Source of the DNA: Camelus dromedarius | Taxonomy: Eukaryota | Length of the DNA stretch: 64,000 nucleotides | Direction: 5' to 3' | Assembly (NCBI RefSeq): GCF_036321535.1 | Contig: NC_087436.1 | Coordinates: 118,856,001-118,920,000 of the forward strand | Shown: one piece after another, positions 12,156-24,726 of the stretch | Numbering within the stretch: position 1 is the first letter of the stretch | Layout of the letters: each line of letters begins with the position of its first letter | Translations under genes and position numbers: made by a program | The notes under the pieces: generated by a model | The model's input: only the letters and a program-made list of their open reading frames with translations | The model's database searches: none | Told to the model about the DNA's origin: nothing

Positions 12156-13295
12156 ACTTGTTCTATGTAGCTTCTAGGTGCCAGATATTATGCTAGGATG
12201 TGAGGATAGAGCCCCACGGGTGGTCCAGGCACAGCCTTATCCCTGAAAGGGCAAAGTAACTACATTTATAATAAGCCTCAGCCTTTCCACATACCTGGGA
12301 GTAGATGGCTGTCACTCCACAGGCAGCCACAAGGTATCAGGTCTTTACGCACAAAATCCTGGTGTTCACAAAGCCCTGGAGAGGTGCGTGTTACTTTCCT
12401 CATTTCATAGGGGCAAAATTTCAGCTGAAGGCAGGTAGAGGACTTGCTCAGGTCCTCACCTGAATGCAAAGCCTTTGTTCTGCCTGCTTCTACTTGCTGG
12501 CTCTTCACAAACTCCCTGCATTATTTTGGAATCTCCTCTTTATTGATATGTAAGGGCCCCTTAAGAAGTCCCAGAAAAGGCCCCAGGCATCAGACCATTT
12601 CTGTCCCACCTCTCCTGAAATGAGTCATCACCAAGAACAAGCAGTGTGACAGGTGACTTTCAAGCCAAGATCAACTTCTTTTGTGGTTTACACATCCTTT
12701 CTACACCAGCCACTCAATGTGGCTTGATGTACCGAGGGCACTCCTCAGCAGACACCTACTGAGCACCTGCTGTGTGCACAAAGCCAGGGGAGGGGCACAC
12801 AGAGCTCATCTATGCCCTAGCTTCTCTCAAGAAAGCGACTTCAGAACTGGAGGATGATGGAAGGGGCGGCAAGGCTGAAGCAAGCGGGGCAGACCAGCTC
12901 AAAGAGAGGCACTAATTACAGGGTTGGGGTGCTTGGACCAGGATGGGGTTACTGCCAGGTTACCACCACCACAGGGGAAGGAAGATGGTCAAGGATGTCT
13001 TCATCAGGTGCAGACATTTGCTGAGTCCCTCAAATGTTCTGGACCATCGCTAGGTGTCCCAATGGCTCCCCCACACTTGTGAGGCATTCTAGTCAAGTCA
13101 GGGAGGCAGGCAGGGAAACAGAGTGTAGCAAGCCCACATGGTAACGGGGACCCGGGGCTCAGGTCCCAGTGGGACGTGAAGACATCTGAAGTGGGCCCTG
13201 GCAGGGGTGAAACATGGACATGCAGATAAGGGAGCAGGGGTCCAAGGAAGGTTGAATGGCATTTAGGCAGGGAGAGTAGCAGGGGCACAGCCTCC

Positions 13296-13640
13296 AATCA
13301 TTCATTCATTCATTCATTTATTCACTCATTCATTCAATATCCCATAGCAGGCCTTGTACTGGGCACGGGGCCTCAGACACGAATCCCACGCAGGACCCCG
13401 AGCTCCAGCCAGTGGAGAAGGAAAACTATAAAAGACAACAGCCCCGCAGTACAGCCAAGGCTGGGACAGAAAGATGTGCAGGGCCTGGCGGGGGTGGGGA
13501 GGGTCAGGGAAGCACCAGAGGATATGAGCCTGAGACATGTCTAGAGGCAGCAGACAGGGTGTGCAAGGAAGAGGGCACAAATGTCTAAAGACAGGAGGAA
13601 CGGAGGGCAAGTTCAAGGAAGGCAGACTGTTCCATAAGGT
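13296..13640 (-). mobile_element. LINE-2 3' end with (CATT)n tail
   Basis: (TCAT)n tandem followed by CAATATCCCATAGCAGGCCTTGTACTGGGCAC. Confidence 0.65.
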
Positions 13641-13644
13641 AGGG

Positions 13645-13990
13645 GTCCATGAATGTGTCCCCCGAAATTCATATGTTGCAACCCGAATTCCCAATGTGAT
13701 GGTATTTGGAGATTAGGCTTTTGGCAAGTGATTAGCCCCTGATGACGAGATTAGCGTCCTTACAAGAAGAGACACAAGAGCACTTCCTTGCTATCTCTGC
13801 CCACCTTGTGAGCATACATGAGAAGGCGGCCGTCTGCCAGCCAGGAGGAGAGCTCTCACCAGAAGTGGAATCAGCCAGCCCCGTGACCTTGTACTTCCCA
13901 GCGTCTAGAACGGTGAGAAATAAATTTCTGTTGTTTAAGCCTCCCAGTCTACAGGATTTTTTATTATAGCAGCCAGAGCAGACGAAGCTA
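13645..13990 (+). mobile_element. MLT1A-type MaLR LTR
   Basis: GAATGTGTCCCCCGAAATTCATATGTTG...CTAGAACGGTGAGAAATAAATTTCTGTTGTTTAAGCC...TTATAGCAGCC. Confidence 0.88.
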
Positions 13991-15412
13991 GTTGGTAAAA
14001 GCAAGAGCATCAAGAGATGAGGTCACAGACATGGTGTCAAGGAATGTGCGCTTCATCCTGGGACACGGGGAGCCCACCGAGCAGAGGAGCAACACAGCCA
14101 GGTGTGGTTTCAGAAAGATACCACCCTTTCTTGGTACAACTGCTCCCCTTCCCAAATACTCTTCATAAGTCAAGAGCTGTTCTAAGGAAGGAGAGGGTGG
14201 GCAGAACCTTCAGACTATCCTGCGAGAGCACTGGACCCTCAACGCCTGTTCACAGAGACTTGGGGTGAGGTTGAGTCCTGGCCCTAGTGCAGCTCGTTCT
14301 CCAGCTCAGCTCAGCTCAGTCAGTGACAGTCCTGGAGGCTCTTTCTTTCCAGGGCTCAGTCTTAAGAATGTGAGGACACTTGGAGGCTGAGACAGAACCA
14401 AGAACCCAACGTGACAGGCAGATGACAGCACAGAGAAACAGGTATCCGTGAAGGAAAGGTAGCCAATTCCCAAAATGGAGCAGAGCCATCAGCACTTTGG
14501 GGCACTGAGAGGTGGTGACCAGGCTGGGATTTCAAACCACGTTCCATGGAGCCCTGATGCTCCCTAAAGATGCACAGGGTGTCAGGGATCAGGGCTCCGG
14601 AGGAACAGATGTTTGATTCTATACTTTTTCAGTGTAAAAATTTTAAACCACAAACAGCATCAAACTCAAATGAGCTGCACACCAAATGTTAATCATCTGC
14701 AGACTCCACTGCATGCACCTGGGCTCCAGGTGACACTCAGCTTTGCACAGGTCTTGTAGAGACTCTTCTGTCACCTCTAGTAAGATGGGTCCTGAGGCTA
14801 CAAGACAAGTTGTTGACAAAACCCTTACCAATTGCAAATGTGAAATGCAAAGATTCTCAAAACAGACTATTTTCACAACCACAACAAAGCCCAAGCAACA
14901 CTCAGGATGCGTGGCTGTTCAGACTACTGTCACCCCCGAACTGTTCATCCTGAAAGTGATGGTTATCAAAGCAACCTCACTGCTCTCACGGACCAGCTCC
15001 TAACTTGAAGTGCTGTAAGTTTAAAATCATAAAATAAATGTGATAATAAACTCCTGCTTCCCTGATTTGTAAGTCATGATGGGGTGGTGTAGCTGTTTTA
15101 AAAATATTAGCCCTTTATTATTACAGATGGGGAAACAGACCCAGACAGAGGGTCTACCCTCCTTCTCCCACAGGAAATCCCTGGAAGCTGAGCATACCCT
15201 TCACTCTGAGCATCAGTCCCGATGTGTACTTATTTGGATGGAAGAGAACTGCCCTTTACACACACAAAGCAAGGTCCCTGGTCTCATCTGCAGATTAAGC
15301 AAGATGGTAGGCCTGATTCATGCTCATTGGAGGGAACCAACCAGTCGCCAACGATTTTAGAAATAACCAGACTGTGCAACTACAGGATAAGTGGGGACCA
15401 GCCCTGCCTGCC

Positions 15413-15594
15413 CTGGTTCTCAAACTGGAGAGGGTATCAGAGTTCCCCAGAGGGCTTTAGTTAAAAGCCAGACTGCAGGGCCCCAGCCCAGTGTTTCTGA
15501 TCCAGTAGCGCAGGTAGGGCCTGAGAATGTACATTTCTAAAATCTCCCAGGAAATGATGATGGTGGTCCAGGACCCCACTTGCAGAACCACTGC
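15413..15594. mobile_element. MER5A DNA transposon
   Basis: TGGTTCTCAAACT...GTTTCTGATCCAGTAG...CATTTCTAAAATCTCCCAGG...GAACCACTG. Confidence 0.8.
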
Positions 15595-15914
15595 TCTACT
15601 CTGTTCATTATAAACTTTCCTTATTGTGGCTTAGTAAGGTGGGTGGTCACGTACGGCCAGATGGGTAGGTCCTCCTAAGATGGGGAGGGTGGAGGAGGCC
15701 GAGGAATAGGCATTTGAGGAAGCGGGGCAGCATGAGCAAACACACAGAAGCTAGAAGCAGTGGGTAAGGAAGTCAGTAGTTCATCTTGGTCCAGAAGTAA
15801 AGGGGTGACCAGGAGCATAGAGGATGAGGTGGGAGGAAAGGTGCAGGCTGTAGATCTCGGGCTGACAAGGGCAGAACAGAGCATCACTAGGGGCCACGCC
15901 TTGTGCTTGCTCGC

Positions 15915-17600
15915 CTTGATTCCTAATTTCATTGCACTGTGGTCAGAGAACATGCTTTGCATTATTTCTGTCCTTTTAAGTTCACTGAGATTGTTTGATG
16001 GCTGAGCATATGGTCTATCCTGGAGAATGAGCCACATGCATTTGAGAAGAATCTATATTCTTGGTGAAGACATGGAGGAAGATGAACCCTTCTGCTCTAT
16101 TGGTGGGAATGTAACTTGGTGCAGCCACTATGGAAAACAGTATGGAGGTTCGTCATACAATTGAAAATAAATCTACCATATGATCCAGCATTTCCACTCC
16201 TGGGTATTTATCCGGAGAAAATGAAAACACTAACTTGAAAAGCTATATGAACTCCCATGTTCATTGTAGCATTATTTGCAATGGCCAAGAAATTGAAACA
16301 ACCTAAGTGTCCGTCAATGGATGAGTGGATGAAGAAAATGTGAAATAGATAGATATAAAATGGAGTATTATTCAGCCACAAAAGGAGAATGAAAACTTGC
16401 CATTCGGGAGACATGAATGGACATTGACAGCATTATGCTAAGTGAAATAAGTCAGAAAAAGAAAAATGTCGTGTGACCTCACTTATATGTGGAATCCTAA
16501 ACAATAACAAAAACCAAACTCAATGATACAAAGAACAGATTTGTGGTTGTCAGAGGTGGAGGTTAGGAGGGTGGGTAAAATGGGTTAAGGAGGTCAAAGG
16601 AACAAACTTCCAGTTATAAAACACATAAATCATGGGAATGTAATGAACAGCATGGTGACTATAGTTAATCACACTGTGTTGTGTATCTGTAACTTACTAA
16701 GAGAACAGATCTTAAAAGTTCTCACCATAGGAAAAAAAAAATTGTAATTATGTGTGGTGATGGATGTTAACCAAATTACTGTGGTGATCATTTCACAATA
16801 TATACAAATATCAAATTGTTATGCTGCCCACCTGAAGCTAATACAAAGTTATATATCAATTACACCTCAATTTAAGTAAAAGAATATACATTCTGATGTT
16901 GTTGATGGAGCATTCTATACGTATCTTGAAGACCTGGCTGCTTTATAGTGTTTTTCAAGTTTTCTATTTCCTTGCTGATCTTCTGTCTAGTTGTTCCACC
17001 CATTATTGAAAGTAGGGTATTGAAGTATCCAGTGTTACCACTGAATTATCTATTTCTTCCTTCATTTCAGTTTTTGCTTCGTGTATTTTGTCACTGTTGT
17101 TAGGTGCATATGTGTTTATAATTGTTATATTTTCCCACTAGATTGACTCTCTTTATCATTATAAAGTGTTATTTTTAAATGTTATTATTATATTTCATTA
17201 TAAAATATCCCTCTTTGTCTCTTTTTTTTATTTTAAATATATCTTGTAATATACTATGTATATATTTAAATATATCTTGTACGATATCAGTATGGCCACT
17301 CTAGCTTTCTTGTGGTTGCTCATTGTGTGATGTATCTTTTTCATTCCTTTTACTCTCAATCTAATTGTATCTTTGAGTCTAAAGATGTATGTCACCTGTA
17401 GATAGCACATAGTTAGATCATTTTTAATATATTCTGACAATCTCTGCCTTTTCATTAGATTGTTTAATCCATTCACATTTAATATTGTTATTGACAGAGT
17501 TGAGTTTACACTTTTCATTTTACTTTTTGTTTTCTACACACTTCATGTCATTTTAGTTCCTCCATTCCTCCTTTACTGTGTTCTTTAGCATTAAATGAAT
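15915..17600 (-). mobile_element. Old L1 ORF2 endonuclease-region fragment, split by a younger L1
   Basis: Minus-strand translations LSITILNVNGLNNLMKRQRLSEYIK...MCYLQVT (17228..17518) and LKRTEIMQSMFSDHSAMKLGI are L1 APE endonuclease motifs. Confidence 0.9.
16062..16879 (+). mobile_element. 5'-truncated L1 (L1MA-like) 3' end nested in the older L1
   Basis: ORF2 end plus 3' UTR; 15-bp TSD AAGAATCTATATTCT (16047-16061) / AAGAATATACATTCT (16880-16894), 2 mismatches. Confidence 0.9.
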
Positions 17601-19279
17601 CAGACATATAAGTCACAGCAAGAACTTCAAAGGGCTAATTCGTTTTCATTCAGATAGCAAAACTGCCTCTCCAACAATATTCTGTTTCTTAAGTGGTTCA
17701 TTTTCTAATCAATCATGATATTTTTTCTTCCTGGTTCCAGTAAACAGGAGCAAATCAATTATTCACCCAATAGTCGTGGAACGTCATCTAAAAAACGTCC
17801 ACTCCCAGCTTGCTGGGTTGGCGGCTTTGAGGCTACAATGTGACCTTCCCACAAAGGGGGGGATGGGGCCATTCGCAACGTGGTGAGGCTCACCTTCATG
17901 ACATATGGCGATTAGACGTGTCATGACAGTTCAGTGCTTCAGCCCAGGGAGGGAATGGATGGTTGGAACTCACAACAGAGTCCACAGCAGGGGTATTTTT
18001 CAAATGTGGTGGCATTGCTTTCACAGACACCTGGCACAGATGCTAACAAAGATCTGGTGAGCAGAGGTCCTTTCAATCCCTGCTACAACGAACAGATAAG
18101 ACACTACAAACCGCTCATCCCACATCCCTGCCTGAGAGTGATTTAACACACCCCAATCTCCTTGTCACTTGACCTTTCAGTTTACCTACAAAGCCCTCTA
18201 TTCATCAACAAACATCTAGAGAAGCTACAATCTAGGGGCTTATGAATTGTGAAATCCCAAACTCACAATTTATGTTGTGAACACCTGAGGTTTGGGGCAC
18301 CCAGCACCTCCCTCAATCTTCTGGCTGAAGCACTCCCAATTTCTGATACCCGACCCAGCAACGAGACTTGTTTGTGCATTTGGGCTGAAGTGTTTTTGCA
18401 TTCATCTTTAGCCACGCGTATAGAAAGCTCAGGGCATCTATAATGCCCAGGCCCTCATAAACTGGGATCATCCTGGGTCTCTGGTGTACTTCAGGGAGAA
18501 ATAGACTATGGCATTCAAGTGCTCATTTGTCCAATGGTTTAAACAGATTAGGCACAATTTGGGGTCATTGAGTCTCTTGTTCAAAATAAGGCATCTGGTT
18601 GGCAAAAGAACGTCTTCCAGCCCTGACCCTTGAAGGTTCCAGTACTTGTCACAGAAACTCAGTTACCACCTGGCTTCATGAGCTCACTCAGCCAGCTGCC
18701 CTGACCAAGGAAGCAGCCCTGCTGACTTTCAAAAGCAAAGTATGTCTTCCAATTAGTATTCTGAGGTGCAGCTTGGGATAAACAGAAAAACCAAACCAAC
18801 GTAACAAGAAATAGGACCTGTGAACATAAGAACACGGTTTGGATTCTGAAGAACAGCTTTCTAACATTTTTTTCCCTAAATAAAAGCAGGTTGCACTGCA
18901 AGGCAGTGAAATCTGGATGTGCAGGGGAAGAGAAACTTCATTAAGTGCTACAGCACTTCATAAACGTCTTCTCTGGGCTAACAGAGCCACCTGGGGTGTT
19001 TCAACCCCGAATACTGAGACGTCCACAGTTTGGGGAGTTGACGTCACTAGAGGTGGCTGCCGCCGAGAATAAAGGAGGGCCTGTGAAGGGCAGAGTGGAC
19101 CCGATGCAAACAACAGAGAGAACCCACTGCACACAGTTAAGGCCCCTCCCAACACTGAAAGGATAGGATTCTGACATTAAAGGAATATGGAACATAGTCA
19201 TATTTCATTTCTTGGATCAGAAGTGAAGACAATTCAGCCATAATACTATAAACACCAAATATTGAGGCTAAAGACCAAA

Positions 19280-19630
19280 AGCTGTTGACCACCTACTGTA
19301 CACCCCAACCTGAGCCGGGCTCTGGGAATCCCACTGCAAATCAGGCAGCAACCCTAGTCTCCTGGAACTTTCTGTCTGGTGGGAGAGTTGGACAAGTCAC
19401 TGGCAGGTGGAATACAGAATCCTGGGCAGTAACAGAGGGATGCTTGAGGCAGTGGGAACCCTGGGGACAAACCTGATTCAGCCTGTGGATGCAGGAGGGT
19501 TGCAGTCAGGACAGGTTTCTGGAGGAAATAAGGCTGATGATGGATCTTAAACAGAAGCGGAGGATGTTCACCAGGTGGATGGGGGCAGGGAAGGCTAACG
19601 GGCAGATCCAACAGAGGGAACGGCATGTCA
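19280..19630 (-). mobile_element. LINE-2 fragment
   Basis: TTGACCACCTACTGTACACC...AGGTTTCTGGAGGAAATAAGGCTGATGATGGATCTTAAA. Confidence 0.55.
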
Positions 19631-21261
19631 AAGGCCTGGCTCAGTCAGGAACAGCAGGCAGGTCACGCAGCTGGATACAAGCTCTCCTGAAGGCATAGGA
19701 GAGAGAGGCAGGGGCGCGCCACGCCACAACGGCAGAGCCAGGAGAGCAGGGGAAGCCTCTTTATTCTGTTTCTCTGCCTCCAGGCTGTCCCTGTCTTAAT
19801 CTAGCCCCAGTGACTTCATTCACTCTATCTGCACTTGGACAGTAAGCAAACAGCTTTCTCCTGGGGCCGCATCATCCAAGCTGGGCCATGGAGCCTACAG
19901 GACTTCACAGGCTGGGGTGGGGGGAAGGAGAGAGGGGCATTCCAGGCAGAGGGAGTTGGCAAGCCAGGGTCTGGAAAAAAAGGACAGCGCTTAGGAGGAG
20001 GCTGCAGTTCATGGGGGGGATACGGGAACTGAGCTGGCGCAGGCCGCGGGGCCGGGAAGGCGCGCTCAAGTGGCTGTGCTCTCCATGAGTGACCGAGTGT
20101 CGGGGTGGCCGGAGGAGGTCTGCCCCCCTCCACTGCCATTCCTACCTGTGCAACCTCAGGTGAGTCACTCATTCCCCATCAATGAGATGATGTGGGCCCT
20201 ATAAGAGCTGGAGAGGAAGGCTCGCCATCACCCTCAGTAACCTGCTTCCACTCATCTGTAAGCACGGCCCACCCCGAGTCCCCACCCCAGCAGGAAGCAC
20301 AAGGCCAGGCACCTGCAGGCAGGCGTGCGTGTGCAAGAGAGAAGGACAATGTTAGCTAACACCTATAAAACCAGGACAGAGCTATCCCCGGGCATCTCTT
20401 TGCGTGAAACATACACACCCCGGTTTGGGGAGACGGGTGTAACCCCCAGGACTCCTGAGGTTCCAAGGATGAAATGATTTGTCTCCCTCGTGGCTCCTGG
20501 CTGGATCATGGGGAGAGCTCAACCCAGACTCCCTTCCAGGAGATGCACATGACAGCTGGGAATCAGCTGCTCTCATCCAATCAGAGCTGGCCATGGGGAA
20601 GCCCTGCCCACTGCAGGGAGATGCCGGAGTGATCTCTTGCGTCTACAGACCGTGGGAAATGAACACGCAAATTCTGCAGAGAACAGAAAAATTCTGGTGT
20701 GGTTATTACACACAGAGGGATTACAAAGCCTAGAGTCATTGAGTGGAAGCAACTCAGAAGAGTGGCCCAATGCTCTAGGGCCATCCCAAGGTAATCACCT
20801 TGGCTGCCAGTTATAGAGTCTGCCATGCACCAGGTTGTATGTGGATCCATCCACTCTCCTCACAAGACCTGCCCTGGCTTGGAGCCAGAGAACCAGCTCT
20901 CATCGCCTTGATCGTTCACATCTCCTAACTTACACTCTTTAGGGAACAACCACAGTCCTGGTACCTGGGTTTGTGTTTCATTGACGTGTCTCCCCTCTCT
21001 CAGAATGAAAGTTGGTCCCCACAGGCAGAGACCTTACCACGCCTGGTCTTCATGGGGCTCTAGTTCCTTCCTCGGGCACCCAGGAGGCCCTCAAATGTGC
21101 AATGTCATTGTTTGTTGTCAGACTGAGCTTTTTGTTCACAAAAAACAAACTGAAGCACAGAAAAAAATGTAACTAACTTGTCCAGGGCCCCACACTTAAC
21201 AGAAGGCAGGTCCACCATCCTCTGTGCCTGATCCCTGCCTCCAAGGAGCTTAGCGTCTAAG

Positions 21262-21580
21262 CAGCTCTGTCCCCCCGAAAGACAGTGTGAACCCCGCATG
21301 CAATAGTAAATTTTCTGGTAAAAGTAAAAAAGTTAAAAAAAAAAAAAAAAGTAAAAAGGAACAAGTAAAACTAATTGTAAAAATATAATTCATTTAGCCC
21401 AAGATATCCCAATTAGTTGCACTGCAACATGCAATCAACGGTAAAGTTACTACTGAGAGCTTTTTCTTATAAAGTCTGAAATCCAGAGCATATTTTTCAC
21501 TCCCCAGCCCCTGTTAGTTTAGACAAACTGCATCTCATTGCTCAAGAGCCCCGAGGGGCTACCCTATTGGACTGCTTGGC
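21262..21580. mobile_element. MER33-like hAT-Charlie DNA transposon
   Basis: CAGCTCTGTCC...TAAATTTTCTGGTA...TTTAGCCCAAGATATCC...GCTACCCTATTGGACTGC. Confidence 0.7.
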
Positions 21581-21894
21581 TCCAGAGTCACCTGGCTACC
21601 CCGGGGCAAGTGTGTCGTTAGGAAACTTGTGCACGATCGTGAGGACCACTACCTCTGCAAACACCGGCAGCAGCGCCCGCTGACAAACGCCTGCTGCACA
21701 CCGACATCCTGCAGGCAGTCCACACAGTCACGTCTGACCGCCACACCCGCCCAAAAGCTAGGGACACTGGGCTCTCTGCATACTGAACAAAAGGATAAAA
21801 GGGAAGCTGAGAAAGATTAACAAAGAGGCTCTAGATCAACAAGCTTGCAAGACGGAGTTAGGAAATTCAGTCACATCTGACTCCAAGCAACAGC

Positions 21895-22285
21895 AACAAT
21901 TATTTACTGGAACCAACTGCATGCCAACACCCTGCGCTGGGAGATGGGAGGAAACACAGCCGGCAAGGCTCCCATCCTCACCGTGCTTCCCTTCCAGCTT
22001 ATGAGGACTGCGGGAACAACCACAAACCAGGAAACAAGCCCACTTCAGATCATGATGACTTCAGAAGAAACAGGGCACCAAAGGGGAGAAAAACAGCAGG
22101 GGTAAGGGGGGTGGGGGGTGGCATCTACCTGGGCAGGGCAGGGAAGACCTCTCCCAGGAGAGGAAGTTTCAGCTGAGACTCAAAGGATGAGAAGAAGCCA
22201 GTTCTGGCGAGGGCAGGAGCCGAACGGGCCAGGCAGCAAGCAGTAGACACAAACGCAAAGCATCCAGTATGTGCCAGGAACTAAC
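21895..22285 (-). mobile_element. LINE-2 fragment
   Basis: TATTTACTGGAACCAACTGCATGCCAACAC...GGGAAGACCTCTCCCAGGAGAGGAAGTTTCAGCTGAGACTCAAAGGATGAGAAGAAGCCAG. Confidence 0.7.
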
Positions 22286-22599
22286 AAAAAGGCGGCCAGG
22301 CTCCCTGTCCTGCGCCAGCTGCCTCTCTGGGCTGCTTGGTGGACCCCGTGACGGCCCTCCTGCCTCAGGGCGCTCCCACACTCCGGCTTGGGAAATGACA
22401 AATCAACAAACCATTCTCCAGATGTCAAGAGCAAGTCAAGGCTGGAAGTGCCCAGTGCGGTGCTGGGAATACAACTCTCTGATGAGTGGCCGAAAGGACC
22501 AATAGTGAGCAATGGGAGGAGAGAGTGGAAACACCAGAACAGAACCCTGGCAGCCAAGCCCCAGGAAGAAAGTTTGAAAACTGTAAGCCATGCATCCAA

Positions 22600-23052
22600 C
22601 GCAGGCACAACAGCCTAAAGGTGGAACCACCCAGGTGTCCATCAGCAAATGAATGGATCAGAAAATGTGGTCCATCCTTACAACGGAATAGTATTCAGTC
22701 TTAGAAAAGACTGAAGCGGTGACACAAGCTACGACCTGGATGAACCTTGAGGACATTACGCTGAGGGAAAGAAGCCAAGTACAGAAGGCCACATAGCATG
22801 TGAGTCCATGTATATGAAATTCCAGAAAAGGGAAATCAAAGGCACGGAAGGCAGATGGGTGGTTGCCAGGGGCTGGGGAAGGAGGAGTGACCGCTTCACG
22901 GGGAGGGGGTTTTCTTTGTGAGTGATGAAAAATGGCTTGCAACTAGATAGAGGTGTTGGCTACATGACATTGTGAATATACTAAATGCCACTGAATTGTA
23001 TACCTTAAAATGAGGAATCTCATGTTGTGTGAATTTCAGCTCAATAAAAAAA
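22600..23052 (+). mobile_element. L1 (L1MB-like) 3' end
   Basis: GTGGAACCACCCAGGTGTCCATCAGCAAATGAATGGAT...GGATGAACCTTGAGGACATTACGCTGAG...TGTGAATTTCAGCTCAATAAAAAA. Confidence 0.88.
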
Positions 23053-24522
23053 GGGAGGAGGGGAAGAAAAGAGAATTGTTTCAATGGAAGAGTCGGATTA
23101 TGGGACTGTTAAATAAAACCCTATGTGTCAGAAGGCAGATAGGAGTGACCAGCCTCCAGAAGCATCAGGACAGAAAGGAGACAGAGAGAAGACAGATGTT
23201 CCAAAGGTAAAAGAAGCAGAAAGCTACTTTACCAGACCACTCCTGCCTCCACCATCGATGCGTAATCCTCCCGGTCTTCCTGTCCCCCAAAAGAAGCAGG
23301 ACACTCCTCAGCAGTGTGTCCCACCCCCTGCAGCCCTAAGGAAGGGATCAGGGGCCAGTCCAGGGCTCCTGAATCCAAATGCAGCCGAGGTGGAGGCTGG
23401 TCAGGGGGTGGGGGCTGGTGGGCCAAGCCAGCGCATCCCCTGACCTGGCACACACAAGGGCATTACTGCCACAATAGGCAGCCCTTGGCAGTCCCTGGAT
23501 GGCTGCAACAGAACCTCCTTTCATTCCCTAAAGTGGCCCTTCAGCCAAGTCTGGGCCACGGAGGGGGAGAGGACAGCAGAAAATCTGCTTCTACACAGCA
23601 CGGAGGTCCTCCGAGGTCCAGTCGGGGGCTTTAGGATGCATGATGGGTCCCCAGGATGATTCCAAGACCTGGAAAGGATAAAGGGGACACCAGGAGCCAC
23701 ACAGGGAGGACAGACTGACCTAACACCTGACTGGGGTGCGGCTGTTCCAGGGAATAGCATCATAGCTACCGCCCACTACACGAAGCTGGGCCTTCACCTC
23801 TGTTCCTTATTTCGCCCTCACACCCACGTGGTCTGCAGGGATGGGGACTGGGGTTATTCCCATTTGACAAATAAGCACACTGGGCTACAGAGGGTTTAGA
23901 GCACACAGATGATCATCCATGGACAGTAAATAGCAGAGCCAGTGCTCAAGCCCAAGGCTGCCTTCAAAGCCTCTGGCGCAAAATTACGATGCTGCTACTG
24001 CTTGCTCTCTTCTACAGACTCCCACAAGGCAGCGTGGGACCGCAGTTAAGAAGGCGGACCGCCAGTTTGGGGTGATGGAAAAGTTCTGGAGATGGATGGT
24101 GAAGATAGTTGCACAACATTGTATATAATGCCAGTGAACTGTACCCTTAAAAATGGTTAATATGTTAATCATTATTAAATATTAAATAATATCTATTTAA
24201 CACAAAGATGTTTTAAAAATTGATCAGGCACCAGGACATTAAGAAATTGTCGAACTTTTAAAAACAGATATCATACTGACCCCATCCCCTAAACATGATA
24301 AGATTCAATTAGAAGCTAATAAAAAATATAAATTCCTCCCCTGCCCTGAAAAAAAAAAAAGCCTTGGTTGCTTGGGTTCAGATTCCTGCTCCCCTACTTA
24401 CCAGTTTTATGACCCTGGGCAGGCTTCAGAGCCTCACTGCGCCCACCTATAAAATGGGAGAGGCAGCCTCCCTCTGGGGCTGTGCCCAGGACTGAATGAA
24501 CTCAACTCAGGGAGAGCACAGA

Positions 24523-24726
24523 CAAGGTGGCGGCAAACTTCTGTAAAGGGCCAGGTAGTAATGTTTCTGGCTTTACAGGTGTCTGCCCCAACTGCCCAAC
24601 TAGCCAATAACCGGGCAGAAGCAGCCATAGACAATATGGACACAAATGGGCATGGCTGTGTGCCAATAAAACTTTACTTACAAAATCAAGCAGCAGGCTG
24701 ATGTGCCATAGCTTGCCAAATCCTGG
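24523..24726. mobile_element. MER58A DNA transposon
   Basis: GGCAAACTTCTGTAAAGGGCCAGGTAGTAATG...AGCAGCCATAGACAATATG...GCCAATAAAACTTTACTTACAAAA...TTGCCAAATCCTG. Confidence 0.88.
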